Source: Isurus oxyrinchus (Eukaryota). From it: a stretch of DNA of 64,000 bases. The translations under genes were made by a program, and so were the position numbers. Where the stretch lies: assembly GCA_026770705.1 (NCBI GenBank), contig JANJGN010000041.1, positions 2,666,001-2,730,000 of the forward strand, in the 5' to 3' direction. Positions 26,303 through 38,404 of this stretch are shown one piece after another (the first letter of the stretch is position 1; each line of letters begins with the position of its first letter). The notes under the pieces are model-generated. The model was not told the DNA's origin. It did no database searches and saw nothing but the letters and a program-made list of their open reading frames with translations.

Positions 26303-27207
26303 TTAATGTTCTTGCTATTGTGATTCTTTCCCGGGGAAATTGTGGCCTCTCCAAATGTATTACCCACTATATGATCGCCATGGCCACGGTGGATCTCCTG
26401 GTTGTTTGTGCTGAAGTCATTTTGAAGAATACGCTGAATAATTATTTCCCTGCTTCCTTCTTGACCATGAGCACGGTGTGCCAGCTAACTGTGACACTGA
26501 CTTATGTGGTCACATCAGCCTCAGTCTGGTTTACTGTGGTGTTCACCTTTGATCGTTTTGTGGTCATATGTTGTAAGAAACTTCGAAAAAAATATTGCAC
26601 GGAGATAACCGCAGTAGCTGTCATATCAGTGGTGAGCATGTTGTGTTTTTTGATAAACATTCCCTGGTACTTTGCATTTGAACCTGCGTATGTAATGGAC
26701 AATGTAAATCATGGTTGTGTCCTAAAACAGACATTTTTCATTTCTGCTGAATGGGCCGCATTTGACTTGTTTACCATTACCTTGACCCCATGTGTTCCAT
26801 TCATTCTAATTTTGTTGCTAAATGTTTTGACGGCAAGACGTATTTTGGTGGCGAGTAAAGTTCGCAGGAGTCTCTGTAGTTGCAGCAATGGAGAACATCA
26901 CAAAGATTCTGAAATAGAAAACCGAAGAAAGTCCATTATTTTACTGTTCAGTATAACCGGCAGCTTTATACTTCTCTGGACAATTCCAGTTATATACTTT
27001 ATCTCTCTGCGTGTACAAATCATATTGAATTATTGCACAAATGAGCTTGAGGCAGTTGGATCCATGCTTGGGGGCCTCAGTTGCTGCACAAATACATTCA
27101 TTTATGTTCTGACGCAGGCTAAGTTTAGGGAGGAGCTGCAGAGCGGAATGCAGTACCTTGTGAAACTGTGTGTAAAAATAGGCAAATCACAGCTGAAATC
27201 CCATTGA
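26303..27207 (+). CDS. gpr139-like: GPR139/GPR142-like class A orphan GPCR, coding exon 2 (TM1 end to C-terminus); spliced protein 324 aa
   Basis: Polypyrimidine tract plus TTACAG acceptor at 26297-26302. Uninterrupted frame with NVLAIVILSRGNCGLSKC, AMATVDLLVV (TM2), SVWFTVVFTFDRFVVIC (TM3), ENRRKSIILLF (TM6) and SCCTNTFIY..TQAKFREEL (TM7/helix 8). Stop TGA at 27205-27207. Confidence 0.92.
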
Positions 27208-27409
27208 CATTTACAGGAGGACATACGATTTATGCTCTGAATGAACACATGTAAGCAAAACGCCTGTAACAACGTTTAAGCACTCTGGATAGAATAATAT
27301 CCCTACTAAAAGGGTTATTTTATAATATAATTTCAAATTGAACTCCTTTTTACAGTATAATGTAATCAATGGCGAATTGTAAGTTGTGATAACAATAATA
27401 CTAAATAAT

Positions 27410-27415
27410 AATAAA
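27410..27415 (+). terminator. Candidate polyadenylation signal of the GPCR gene
   Basis: AATAAA about 200 nt after the stop codon, in an AT-rich 3' region. Confidence 0.4.
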
Positions 27416-28799
27416 AATACTGATCAGCCCCTGTTAGTGTTGCAGAGTTTGAAAAGGTGAATTGTGATGCCAGGTTTTGACAGCCTTATGTTCATTGGAA
27501 CAGTTGTTCCTTTCAACAAGAGAACACTCCAAGCATCACCAGCAGGATCACGATAACTCGACAAATGTAACGTAGGCAAAAATGTCACAAATTTCCAACA
27601 ACGTCTCTTTTGGGCCAAATAGCACATGGGGGGAATTTACTGTGCAAGTTGCATGAAGTCTGGTACCCTCCAAATACCGGACAGTTGCACAATGAGCTGC
27701 TACTCAGCGTTCCATATACCTCACATGATTAAAAGAAAGAAGGCCTGGTCATCACGTGTTTTATGAAAGGACGGGCATTGTCACAATTGATCACTCATTC
27801 CTAAGATCCACCGTGCTGAGAGACGACTCCAGATATTGGATTCAGAACGTTTAAATCCGATTTCCCTACGATTCATTTGAAAGAGCAAATAGCTAATACT
27901 TATTTTTTTCATGATTAATGGGGTTTCTTCCTCCCAGCATGCTAATTCACAAAACTCTCTGTTTCATGTTATCTGGTCCTTTCACACAAACAGCCACCAA
28001 ATGGCTGTGATCATAATTCTCCAATGTTTTAACATGATTCACTACATATCCACTCATCAAGCGAGTGACACTTCAACTAGTTATCTGAATTCCCAGCCAA
28101 GAAACCTCTGACCACACATCGGCCTACCTTCAACTTCCGTCTTTTTATAGCTGCGCATATTGAATGTGAAAAGTTGTAATATATTTCCTCTCGTCGCATA
28201 TTCTTATAATTTACTGAAATTAAATGCCGTTCGTAGAATGCAACCACAGTTGGGTTACAGCACAGAAACAGATCATTTGGCCTTTCATTTCCTTATTGTC
28301 TCTTTGAAGGAATTTGCAGCCGGCAGCCACTCCTGCGGCTTTTCCCTGTTATCTGGGTCAATCGATTTTCTCAGATATTAATCCAAAATCGTCTTGATGA
28401 TTTCTAATTAACGACTCTAACCGCCCGGTAAAATGATTGGCTAGAACAACTGCCGATTAAATTGAATACTACAATAGCTGTCCTTGAATAAATTCAGGGT
28501 AAAAACAAGACAAATTCGGTGATGGCATGAGGGACATACTTGACAAAACATTCAATTATTACCATTCTTTAATTGCTGTTACAGCAAAGCATACATGATC
28601 AGTGTTTACGAGCATCTACAGTGTTTCTGATGTTTTTGCACTGGCTGCTTAGGCATGAATTACTAATTGCCCAGACCGCCGGATCAGCTAGCCCTCTTTT
28701 CTAAATGTTGGCTCTGGATTTTCGGCCCCTGCACTTTCTCAGTATACACCCCAACTGCTAAGCTCCCTGTCCTTGTAATTCCTGAGGCAACCTGAGTTC

Positions 28800-29755
28800 C
28801 TCAAGGTAGCGTCTGAAGCTCAACCATGTTTAGTTCCCTCATCAATCACCTTCTCTCCAGTTTAAGGTCAGAAATGGGGATGTTCCCTGATGATTACTCA
28901 CTGTTCAACCCAATCCGTGACTCCTGATGTAATGAGGATGACCAGGGCCAAATGCAGCATGTTCAGGCTCTTGATGACAAGTGGGAAAGGACATTCACAC
29001 CATACAAATACCAGGCAATGACTATCTCCAACTGAGAAAAGCAAACCATCTCCCGTTAACATTCAGTGGTATTACTAATGCCGAAGTTTGCACTTTCAGC
29101 ATTGTAACGGTTAATATTGACCAGAAGCAGAACTGGAATAGCCATATAAACACAACATCTACAATTGCAGTTCAGAGGCATAGAATACTGCGGCGATTAA
29201 CACAACTCTTGATTCCCCAATTCCTTTCCACCTTCAATAAGGCACAAGATAGGAATGTGATGGTATACTCTCCACTTTCTTGGGTGCGCGCAGCTCCAGT
29301 AGCAGTCAAGAAGCATGATAGCATTTGGGTAAATCAGCCATTGATTGACAGCAAGGCAATAAACGTTGACCCATCCACCACCGACGAACAATAGCAGCAG
29401 TGTGTGCTATCAGCCAGGCGAACTACATGAATTATCGGAGTCATCTTAGGAATTACAATGCAAAACAACGACCGCAACCATCCAGACGGATAATGGGCAG
29501 CTGGTGCATGGGACCACAACGATCTGGAAGTTCCACTCCAAGCTAGTCACCAGCCTGACTTCAAAATATATCCCTGTTCCATCATTGCCATTGGGTCACA
29601 TTCCAGGTACTCCCTCCCTTTGATCTCTATTTGTGCAGGGTTACCTCCTGCGATTCAAGAACGCAGCTCACCTCCACCTTCTCAAGGGTACCTGAGTCTG
29701 GGCAATAACTGCTGTGCGAGTGCTTGACGCTAAAACCCCCTTAATTTATAATAAT
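28800..29755 (+). mobile_element. CR1/L2-group LINE 3' portion
   Basis: ORF 28981..29394: IDQKQNWNSHINT..HRILRRLTQLLIPQFLSTFNKAQDRNVMVYSPLSWVRAAP. Family tail CTTCTCAAGGG..GGGCAATAAC near 29680-29710. Confidence 0.8.
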
Positions 29756-30279
29756 AAAATGTCAGTGTCTCTGTGGCTGCACAGGTACTGCGCTTCCCAT
29801 TTCTCCAGTCTGACAGCTCTGTTCAACTATCACCAAATCACTTACCTAGATAATACTCACTGCTTCTTACAAAACTATGTTCTAGCTATTTCGTTCCCGT
29901 ATTTTTATGCATCTCTGCTTTGGGATAAGATCTCCTTTTACTTTCCAATCTGTGATTTGATTATGTGGCTCCCACTATTTTTAACTCTCTTATGGCGGAG
30001 CAGCCCCTTTCTATTCCGTGCTTTGAATACCTCGTTGAAGCTCTTTTTAAATCTCTTCTGTGGCAGCTCGTCTCCCGCTCTTTTTCACTTCCTGCCCTGG
30101 TGCATCAAATCCCCCTATTTGAAAATGTCACCTGTTCATGCTCAGCTCCCCGCTCTCTGTAATTCTCTGCTCTCACTATTCAGCTGCAGCCGTAAAGCAA
30201 TAATGAAACCCGCCTTGACTGCCAAGAGTATAGCCAGGAATAGGAGACTGTTGAGGTTAATTAAGAATGATCATTAGTT

Positions 30280-30900
30280 TCTTACACCATGCCTTAAAAT
30301 AAGAAGATTGTTGTACAAACTAGTTGCAATTTGATATTACAAAAGAGAAGATTGTTGAAGAGAATACATGGCAAGTGGATTTTGAGATACTAATTGACAA
30401 CTTATCGCAGATAACGTTGCTTACGAATATTTAGCCTCATTAAAGAGGACAGAGGCACGGGTTGTAGGAGGGAGAGAGGTTGCTTTTCAATTGCATCAAT
30501 TTCGGTAATGCGCAGAAAACGGAAACTGTTTGTTATCGTTTTGTTTCAGTCTGCATGATGGTAGCCAGTAGTGTTCCTTACGAATCTGGGTTTGTTATAT
30601 TTTTGCTCGATGTAAACCAGTTGTATCTTGGAATACAGCACAACGTCTCAAAATGTGTTCGTGCTGCACGCATGGTAGGCTGGAAGTTAACCTGTCAGTA
30701 TGATACGACGCCATTGCAATAGGACATGGAGTGGCGAGCAGACTTGGCAGGGGATTAGCAGAGGCAATTTATCGTATTGCAATGTAATATCATACAATTT
30801 GGTAGAAAGGGTAGTCATGGGAAATAGAAACAGAATGTCACAGTCCTAAAAGATGGGATACAATGGAGGGACCAAGGTGCATACGCTTCAATTTTAGAGT
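30280..30900 (+). mobile_element. Degenerate CR1 RT fragment
   Basis: Remnants of DFQKAFD..H (~30380-30420), SGVPQGS-like GTAGTGTTCCTTACGAATC, and a FN..KC.VIHFG-like segment (~30770-30810). Confidence 0.55.
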
Positions 30901-32199
30901 GTGGTAGACAGAGGCGGGCCTCGGGTATGGAAAATTGTGGTCACCGCACCTGGCAGCGCACTTTGAGGGTGGGATGTGGATTGTGATTGCGGGCGACCTT
31001 TCATTTCTCAGTAAGTTAGAATGTAATTGACACAAATCAGCAGGCTTATTTGTATTTAGTATTCAATGGATGGCACGAGCAGAGATAGGGAATACGGGGG
31101 AAATATTGCTCGCGTTTGAAGAAAATACAGAAAAAATACGAGGGAATGATAAGACCCTGAAATGTTCTCTGGAAAATTAGAAAACGTTTGAAAGGTTTTC
31201 CGCAAATCCGCAAAATATTGAATTAATGCACTCCAGCGAATGTACCACCGAGGCTGAGAGATTGGAAGTTAGTGCAAAACGTACACAGGTTGATGAAATA
31301 GGGAATTCTTCTGACATGCTTCCCACTGAAGAAGTAATATATGGTTCAGAACATTCGTCAGAATTATTCACCAAGAAGAAGATGGACATTGCATTGAGGA
31401 GGGGTTCTGTGAAAATAATTGGCAGTGCCTGTAACTTTCCACCGATGATAAGACCGAATCTTTTCAGAAGACTTAAGCTCACGGGAAATGCCAAACGGGG
31501 AAAGGGTTGAAACAAGTTGCCTGGTGTACACGAAAAAACGCTGATGTGGCTTTTTGATCCTGCTGCAAATTGTATGGCTCAGAAACCGCACGGAGATTAT
31601 GAAATAAATGTTACAGTGCTTGGAAACATCTCAATGCGAGATTACAGTGTCATCGAATTATCAAAGGACCATATTCAAAACGCAACAAATTCGTTGATAT
31701 AAAGTGAATGTTCCCTGACATGAAGGCACTGGATGGGTTAGCACAGAGATAAATAAACAAGGTGAAGTAAAAATAATGACAGACAACGTTGATAGGTATT
31801 ATCGCAGCCATTCAGAGGTAATTGATCATAACTCAGAATAGCGCTGAAGTCATGCAATAGTTTATGAACAGAATAATGAATCCTTTCTAGGCTTATTTGG
31901 CGGTACAGCGAAAATCGACCCTCCAATGCAATGATATGTCCCATGCATCAAAAAACAATACACTCCTGACCATTTAATTGGACCTCATATTCAAATTGAT
32001 CTAATGTCGATGCTGGCATTTCAGGTGAAGAAATTAAACGTTATTGTAAAGGTGAAGGCTGCAATAAACATTGCGCTTTTCTTGACAGGACCCCTGGCCT
32101 GAGTGATGAAGATCAGATATTCTTTGTGCTTCGTTTGGTTGATCTTTTTCTGAAGATGTGAATCAAAGGGAGGTTTTGAATCATTTTCTACTGATCCAA

Positions 32200-33750
32200 G
32201 AGAAAATCTGGCAAGGCCTGTCTGATTCTGTGAATGATGCGCCAGATGGAAGGCGCTGAACCTCTGGATTCTGCAAGACGATGGGTACCGAGAATATTCC
32301 GGCAATTGTGAACCCGATAGTGCCCTGTGTCATAACCATGCTGCTCCAGTACAGATTCTAAACAGGCATCTACCCAAATATGTGAAAAATCGCCTAGGGG
32401 CGTGATACAGAAACACGCAGCACAAACCCAAGCCATTGATTAACAGTCGCATCAGCCAACCTTTCATCATCAGGAAAGTAATGGAAGAGTTCATCAAGCG
32501 GCTTCTAATCAGCAGTACTCTGCTCACTGAGGCTCCATTTGGATTCCACATGGCTCATTCATTTCCCAGTAGCATCACAGCCATCGTCCAATCATGGAGA
32601 CAAGAGCTGAACTCCAGATGTGACATGACAGTGACCGCACTTAATATCCAGTTAGCACGTGATCCGATGTGGCATCAAGGCACCCTGAAATAACTAGAGT
32701 CAATGCGAATCAACGGGAAAACTTTAAGTCGGATGGAGTTTTCTCTGGTACAAATGAATATGGTAGTGTTATTTGAAAGGCATTCATTTCTGTCACTGCA
32801 GGGGATGCTCAGGATTGTGGCTAGTCTTCAGTACCTTCAGCTGCTTCATCTCTCACCTTTCTTCCAACATAAGTTCGGACGTGGGGATGTTCGATGACGA
32901 TTGCTCAATGGAGAGAACATTTGCAACTCTTCAAATACTGAGCCGTCTGTGCCAAAATATAGGAATGTGTGGACATTATCCACGCTTGGGGAGAGAAGTG
33001 TCAAGTAACGTTCACTCCACATGAGTAATAAGCAATGTTTATCTCCAAAAAAAAAATATATATAACCGTTGTCCCTTGGCATTCAATGATATTTTGATTT
33101 CTGAAACCCCCGCTATCTTCATCCTAGGAACAACTGCTGATCAGTACCTGAACTGGACTAGCCATACTAATACTGTGGCTGCAAGAGCAGGCCAGCGGCT
33201 GGGAAAACTGGTTTGAGTAACTCACGCCCTGTCTTCTCAAGGCTTGGCCACCATCTAAAATGCACAAGTCAGGAGTTCCCAGACCAATGCTGTTCGAACA
33301 GCGATCTGGAATCTCAAAAACACCCACGTTTAAGTTTGATTGGCAGTCCTTCAACAAATGTGCGCTCCATCCACCACCGACAGCGACGGCAGTGCGCAGC
33401 AGCTACAATATTTTCCTCAGGAGCTCACCACTCTACCTCAGACAGTCCATCCCAAATCCAGAACAGCTACCATCTAGCAGGACAAGAACAGCAGGTACAT
33501 GGGAACACCAGCACTTGCAAGTTTTTCACCCCGCCACTCGCCATCCAGGCTTGGGGCTATCACCATTCCTTCATTGACACTGGATCAGACTCTGCAGCAA
33601 CCTCCCTAACTGAACTGTGGGTTTATCTGCACCACATACACAGACATGGCTCAAGAATGTAGCTCCCCACCAGCTTCTCATGGGCAATTAGGAGAGGCAG
33701 AAAATGCCTGCCTCGCCAGTGATGCAAATATCCCGTAAAAGAATAATAAC
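32200..33750 (+). mobile_element. CR1/L2-group LINE ORF2 (RT) to 3' end
   Basis: NSRISQPFIIRKVMEEFI, LLTEAPFGF, VTALNIQLARDPMWHQG (DIKAAFDRVWHQG), SDVGMFDDDC (FADDC). Tail GGGCAATTAGG..GCCAGTGATGC..ATCCCGTAAAAGAATAA. Confidence 0.8.
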
Positions 33751-34539
33751 AATAGAGACATGTTCATAAGGTGAGTTTTTTTTTCCAACTTTCTGTCACT
33801 ATGTGGCATTCAGTTAGTGAACAATAAAGGCTATGTCATGGAATTTATTCAATGTAGAGATAGAAAGATCTTTGGTAGAGCAGGGAGTTAAGCGTTATGG
33901 ACTTTGTCGAAAGTTGGAGTACAGAGAGCTTGCAGGTCAATCATGATCTTAATGAATAGTGGAGCAAGACCAAAGTGCCGATTGACCTACTCCAGCTGCT
34001 TAACGCTATATTCAAATCTTACTTTTTCCATCAGTATAAACAATATGTATATTTTTTTACTCCTCTACTCCAATCCTCTTACAAATAATCTCAACGTTTC
34101 ATCTGCCCGCTTAACTGATTTCTTTACACGCAAGCCCTCACGTTTTACACATTTTAATATATTATAATCTGCTTTCATAATATTAGGGCAGAAGTCAACG
34201 ACTTCACACTTCGACAAATGACACTTCATCTAACATCACACAGACAGCTCACTTCATCATTCTGTATTTCTCTGCAACCTTTAATTTCTCCCCCTCAGGT
34301 TACTGTTCTGCATGGATCGATATTATCATCAAAGTTGGATAATGCTTTTTCTCTTGTCTCGTCATTAAGATTGATTTTAAGAGCTATTCCGCACCTTTCA
34401 GCCATTTACACAGGAACAGGAAAAGGTAATTCTGAACGTCCGGCATTTTAAATTGACATGGAGTTGGCATTCAATGTCTTGAGCCAGTTTAGCAGAAATA
34501 GATGAAGGCTATTCATTCCTTCTTGTGTTTACTACAGAC

Positions 34540-35830
34540 GAGAGGTATAACGCATTCAGCCTCTGTCGATCCTATTACACAGCAAATATTTTGCGAAGCA
34601 ATAATCATTCTATCTCCTTATTCAAAATAATCAGCGATAACTCCTCCACCACCACCTGAGGCTGACAGTTGTTTAATCGAACATCCCACTGAGAGAGAAA
34701 AATAATTCTCCACACATCTGTCCTAAAAGTGCGAGCACTAAATTTTAAAACGGTGCTCTCCAGTTCTGGACTCAACACCACCCGCCCCACCACCCACCAC
34801 CCGCCCCCCCCCCCACCCCCCACCCCCGCACCTCGCAAGTTGAAACACCATTTGCACGTCCACCTTGTCAAAACCATTCAACCTCTTGCACACCTCAATG
34901 AAGTCACTACTTAACCTTCAAAACTCCAATAGCAACAAACCTAGCCTTTCCATCCTACACTCAGAAGACAAACCATTCATTCCAGGTATAAATCTAGTGA
35001 AACTCCTTTGAACAGTGTCTAATGCATGAACACCCATCCTTAAATAAGCAGATCAAAACTGCAAACAGTATTCTAGTTGTGATCTTAAAAAGGGCCCGTC
35101 TGACTGAAGCATCGCATTCCAATTCTTATGTTCAATTCGTCCCGTAATCGATGATAGCATTCCAACACCCTTCTTAATTAATAGTTCTACCTGTAAACCA
35201 ACATTTTGCGACTCATGCACTGGAACAACTAGATCCCTCTAAACCTCGGAATTCCGCAGTCCTGATCCATTGAAGTAACGCTCTGCTCTAATATTGTTCC
35301 TGCCAAAGTGAGCAACTTCACATTTTCTCACATTAAACACCAACGTCGAGGTTGTTTTTCCAACTCACTCAGCCTATCTCTCTCCTTCTGCAACCACCTT
35401 GTGTCCACTTCACAACACAGTATACTGCCTACCATCGTGTCACATGCATTTTTATTGCCATCTTTGCTGCCATTTTGTAACTCATTGATATGAATTGTGA
35501 ACGGAAAATGCCAGAGCACCGACTCCTGCGGGACTCCACTCGTTACATCCTGACTATCAGAAAATGTCCCATTTCTGAGTCCTATTTCTTTCTGCCAGCC
35601 AGGCAATATTCTATTCAGCTCAAATACTATCCCCTGAGCCACGGGTTTTCATTTCCTGCAATACGCTTTGAGGTGGAACCTAATCAAATGCCTCCTAGAC
35701 TTCCTAGTACAGCACCTCTACAAGCGTCTTTGTATCCAGGGCACAATTTACCCCTTCAATGAACTCCAATGAATTGGTTAGACATGATTTCCTTTTCATG
35801 AAGCCTTGCTGACACTTCCCCATTAACTTC
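34540..35830 (-). mobile_element. CR1 LINE 3' half (RT to 3' end)
   Basis: ORF 35328..35642 has FSDSQDVTSGVPQESVL...NACDT (FADDT). GACATGATTTCCTTTTCATGAAGCC at ~35780. Paralogous to 52580-53880. Confidence 0.8.
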
Positions 35831-35849
35831 TGATTTTGTAAGACTGAAT

Positions 35850-36450
35850 GTCAGTATTCTGGTTGCTGTTGAAATTATTGTTTTTCCTTTAATTGGCCCT
35901 TTGTTTAAAAAAATCTTTTGCGTTTTTTAACGTTGAAGTCGTCGTTGAATTTGTTTTTGTTTTAGCAGCTTCGTGTTGCTGTATTTGTTAGTGCTTTTAC
36001 AGGTTGAGGCTGTGTGTGTTTTCTTTCAATGTCCAAATTGTTTCTGTTTTTCAACGTTAAGGTAATTGTTGAGGTTGTTGGTGTTTTCAATGTAGAAGCT
36101 GTTCTTGAACTTGTTATTGTATTTCAATGTTGAAGTTGTTAAATTTGAAATCTTGTTTTAATGTTGAGGACGTTGTTTATATTGTTGGTTTGTTAATTAT
36201 TGAGGTTATGTTTGAAAATTTTGGCATTTTTAGTTAATGCCTTTTTTGCTGAACTTGGTGTTTCTCGGGTTTGTTGCTGAATTTGTTGGTGTTGTTCAAT
36301 GCTGAGGTTGTTGCATTTTATGTTTTTATCAATATTGAGGTGGTCCTTGTGATTGTTGTTCATTTTCAATGGCGAGGGTGTTTCCGAATTTGCTGGGTTA
36401 TTTCAATGTTGAACTGGTTGTTGAATTTGTTGATTTAAATTGTTGTAATA
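35850..36450. repeat. G/T-rich degenerate minisatellite (about 35-bp unit, TTTTCAATGTTGAGGTTGTTGTTGAATTTGTTGG)
   Basis: Recurrent TTTTCAATGTTGA(A/G)GTTGTT..GAATTTGTT motif; a longer copy is at 53890-55338. Confidence 0.75.
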
Positions 36451-37272
36451 CTCTAGTAACATGCATGCAGTAACTGAGGGGAGTGGAATATAGTGATTGA
36501 GGAGTGTTGGATGTCGTAACTGAGGATAGTGGGATGAAGTGATTGAGGCGAGTGGGATGCAAAAATCGAGGGGATTGGGATGTAGTAACTGAATGGTGTG
36601 GGATGTAGCGACTGAGTGGAGTGGGTTATAGCTGCTCAGGGTAGTGGGATTATGTGACTGAGGGGAGTGGGATGTAATAACTGAGGGGAGAGTGATGCAT
36701 GACTGAGAGGTGTCGGACGCAGTACCTGAGGGGAGAGGATTGCAGTACTTAAGGGAGTAGGATGTTGAGTCTGTGAAGCTTCGCAATGAGTCAGTTTGGG
36801 TAGTGGAATGTGTTAACTGAAGTTGTAGCCTTTACTTAGGTCACAGTCTGTGTTCACAGGGGAAAGATTCATCAGATAGAAACATATATTACAAACACTG
36901 CTGTGTGACGTTCTCTAGACACTTCTGCCGAATAAGGTTGAGTTGTTCAATAGGATCCCCATATTGCTCCTTTTCTCTCACCCTTTATTTCATATCCAGG
37001 GACATTGACAACTAAGAAACCTGAAGAAAGCTCTATCACAGCATCCACTCAGAGAATATTCTATATCTCACCTGTGTCTCCAGCCTCAGCTATCTGCCCT
37101 GTGGCGTACTTTATAAGCTGATGCTTCACTCATTGTGACTTCAAAATGACTCCGGACCAGAGATTCGCCCTATTGACGATTTGGGATGCAGTGAATTAAG
37201 GCTGCTTGATTTTGAGTAGAGTCGCAGGAGTGAACTGATGAACTTTTAGTGAAATAATAACATGTTTATCTG

Positions 37273-37295
37273 TCTATATATACATATATATATGT

Positions 37296-37325
<30 letters not shown>
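37273..37325. repeat. (TA)n/(GATA)n microsatellite
   Basis: TCTATATATACATATATATATGTATATATATATAGATAGATAGATAGATAGA. Confidence 0.9.
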
Positions 37326-37326
<1 letters not shown>

Positions 37327-38404
37327 TGAAAGGATAACACAAGGTTAAAAACTGTGCCATACTCGAATGTTCACAGTATGTTTACAGTCCATGTAAAAGT
37401 ATGACACCCTGTGATTATGTAATCCACACCTTGACATAAAGTGACAGCTGCCACCTCAAACAGATGCTATAGATTTCTCATTAACTCCTTCAAGACACCT
37501 GTCACACTGGGGCCTACACGTTTGACCACACTCTGTCTTTCACATGAGGAATTTCATTCTCCACTCTCCAAGTCCTCACCTTGGAATCTTCTCCTAAACC
37601 GGTGCTTACTCCCAGGCGCCTTTCACAATGCTTCACCTGCGGGTTTCAAAATCTCTTCCTTATGTTCTTCTTCCCGGAGCCGCCACATGAATCCAAGCTG
37701 CCTTCCATGTGTTCTCTCTCACCAAATCAGCTGTGACAGTACAGTAACTGCACATGTCCTAGCAAAGAGTTGCAGACCTTCAGCCATGTTTTCAGTCATT
37801 GTCGCCTTTTATAAGAACTTCTGGCTGTAAATCTGATTTCTGCAGCTTTTGTGTCATTAACAATGAAGCCTGAATACATTCGCTCTGCCCCTCACCCTTA
37901 CCTTCATTAATATAATCCATTCCAGGTTCCTGCTCTTCATTCACCCAGAAGGTCTTCATTGGAATTTATTCTGTTCCACTTGCCTGGATGTTGTCGTTTT
38001 CACTTTAGCTTTGGGTTGTTTATTTGTTCCCTTTTCACCAATCGATTACCAGAGGGATTTGGGATGCAGCAATTGAGTGGAGTGCGATATGCTCACTGAG
38101 TGGAATGGGATCAAGTGATTGGAAATGTGATATAGTGTCTAATCAGAAGGCAAAGCAGTCAGTGAGGGGAATGGGATTTAGTGACTGAGGTGAGGAGGGT
38201 GTGCAGTGTGAGAGGACTGAGTGTTGTGACTGTGGTGGGTGGGATGTTGTGCCTGAAGAGTTTGGGATGTTGTGATTGAGCGGATTGGGAATTTGTCACT
38301 GTGTTCCTGTGGGATGTAGTGAATGAGGTGAGTGGAGTGGGATGCATTGACTGAGGTGTATGGGATGTAGCGACTGAGTAAGTAGGATGTAGCGCCTGAG
38401 GGGT

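Noticed and set aside
29714-30277. 187-aa hydrophobic ORF
   Set aside because: Starts at GTG in a LINE tail, has pyrimidine-rich composition, and shows no GPCR or other motifs or supporting splice structure.
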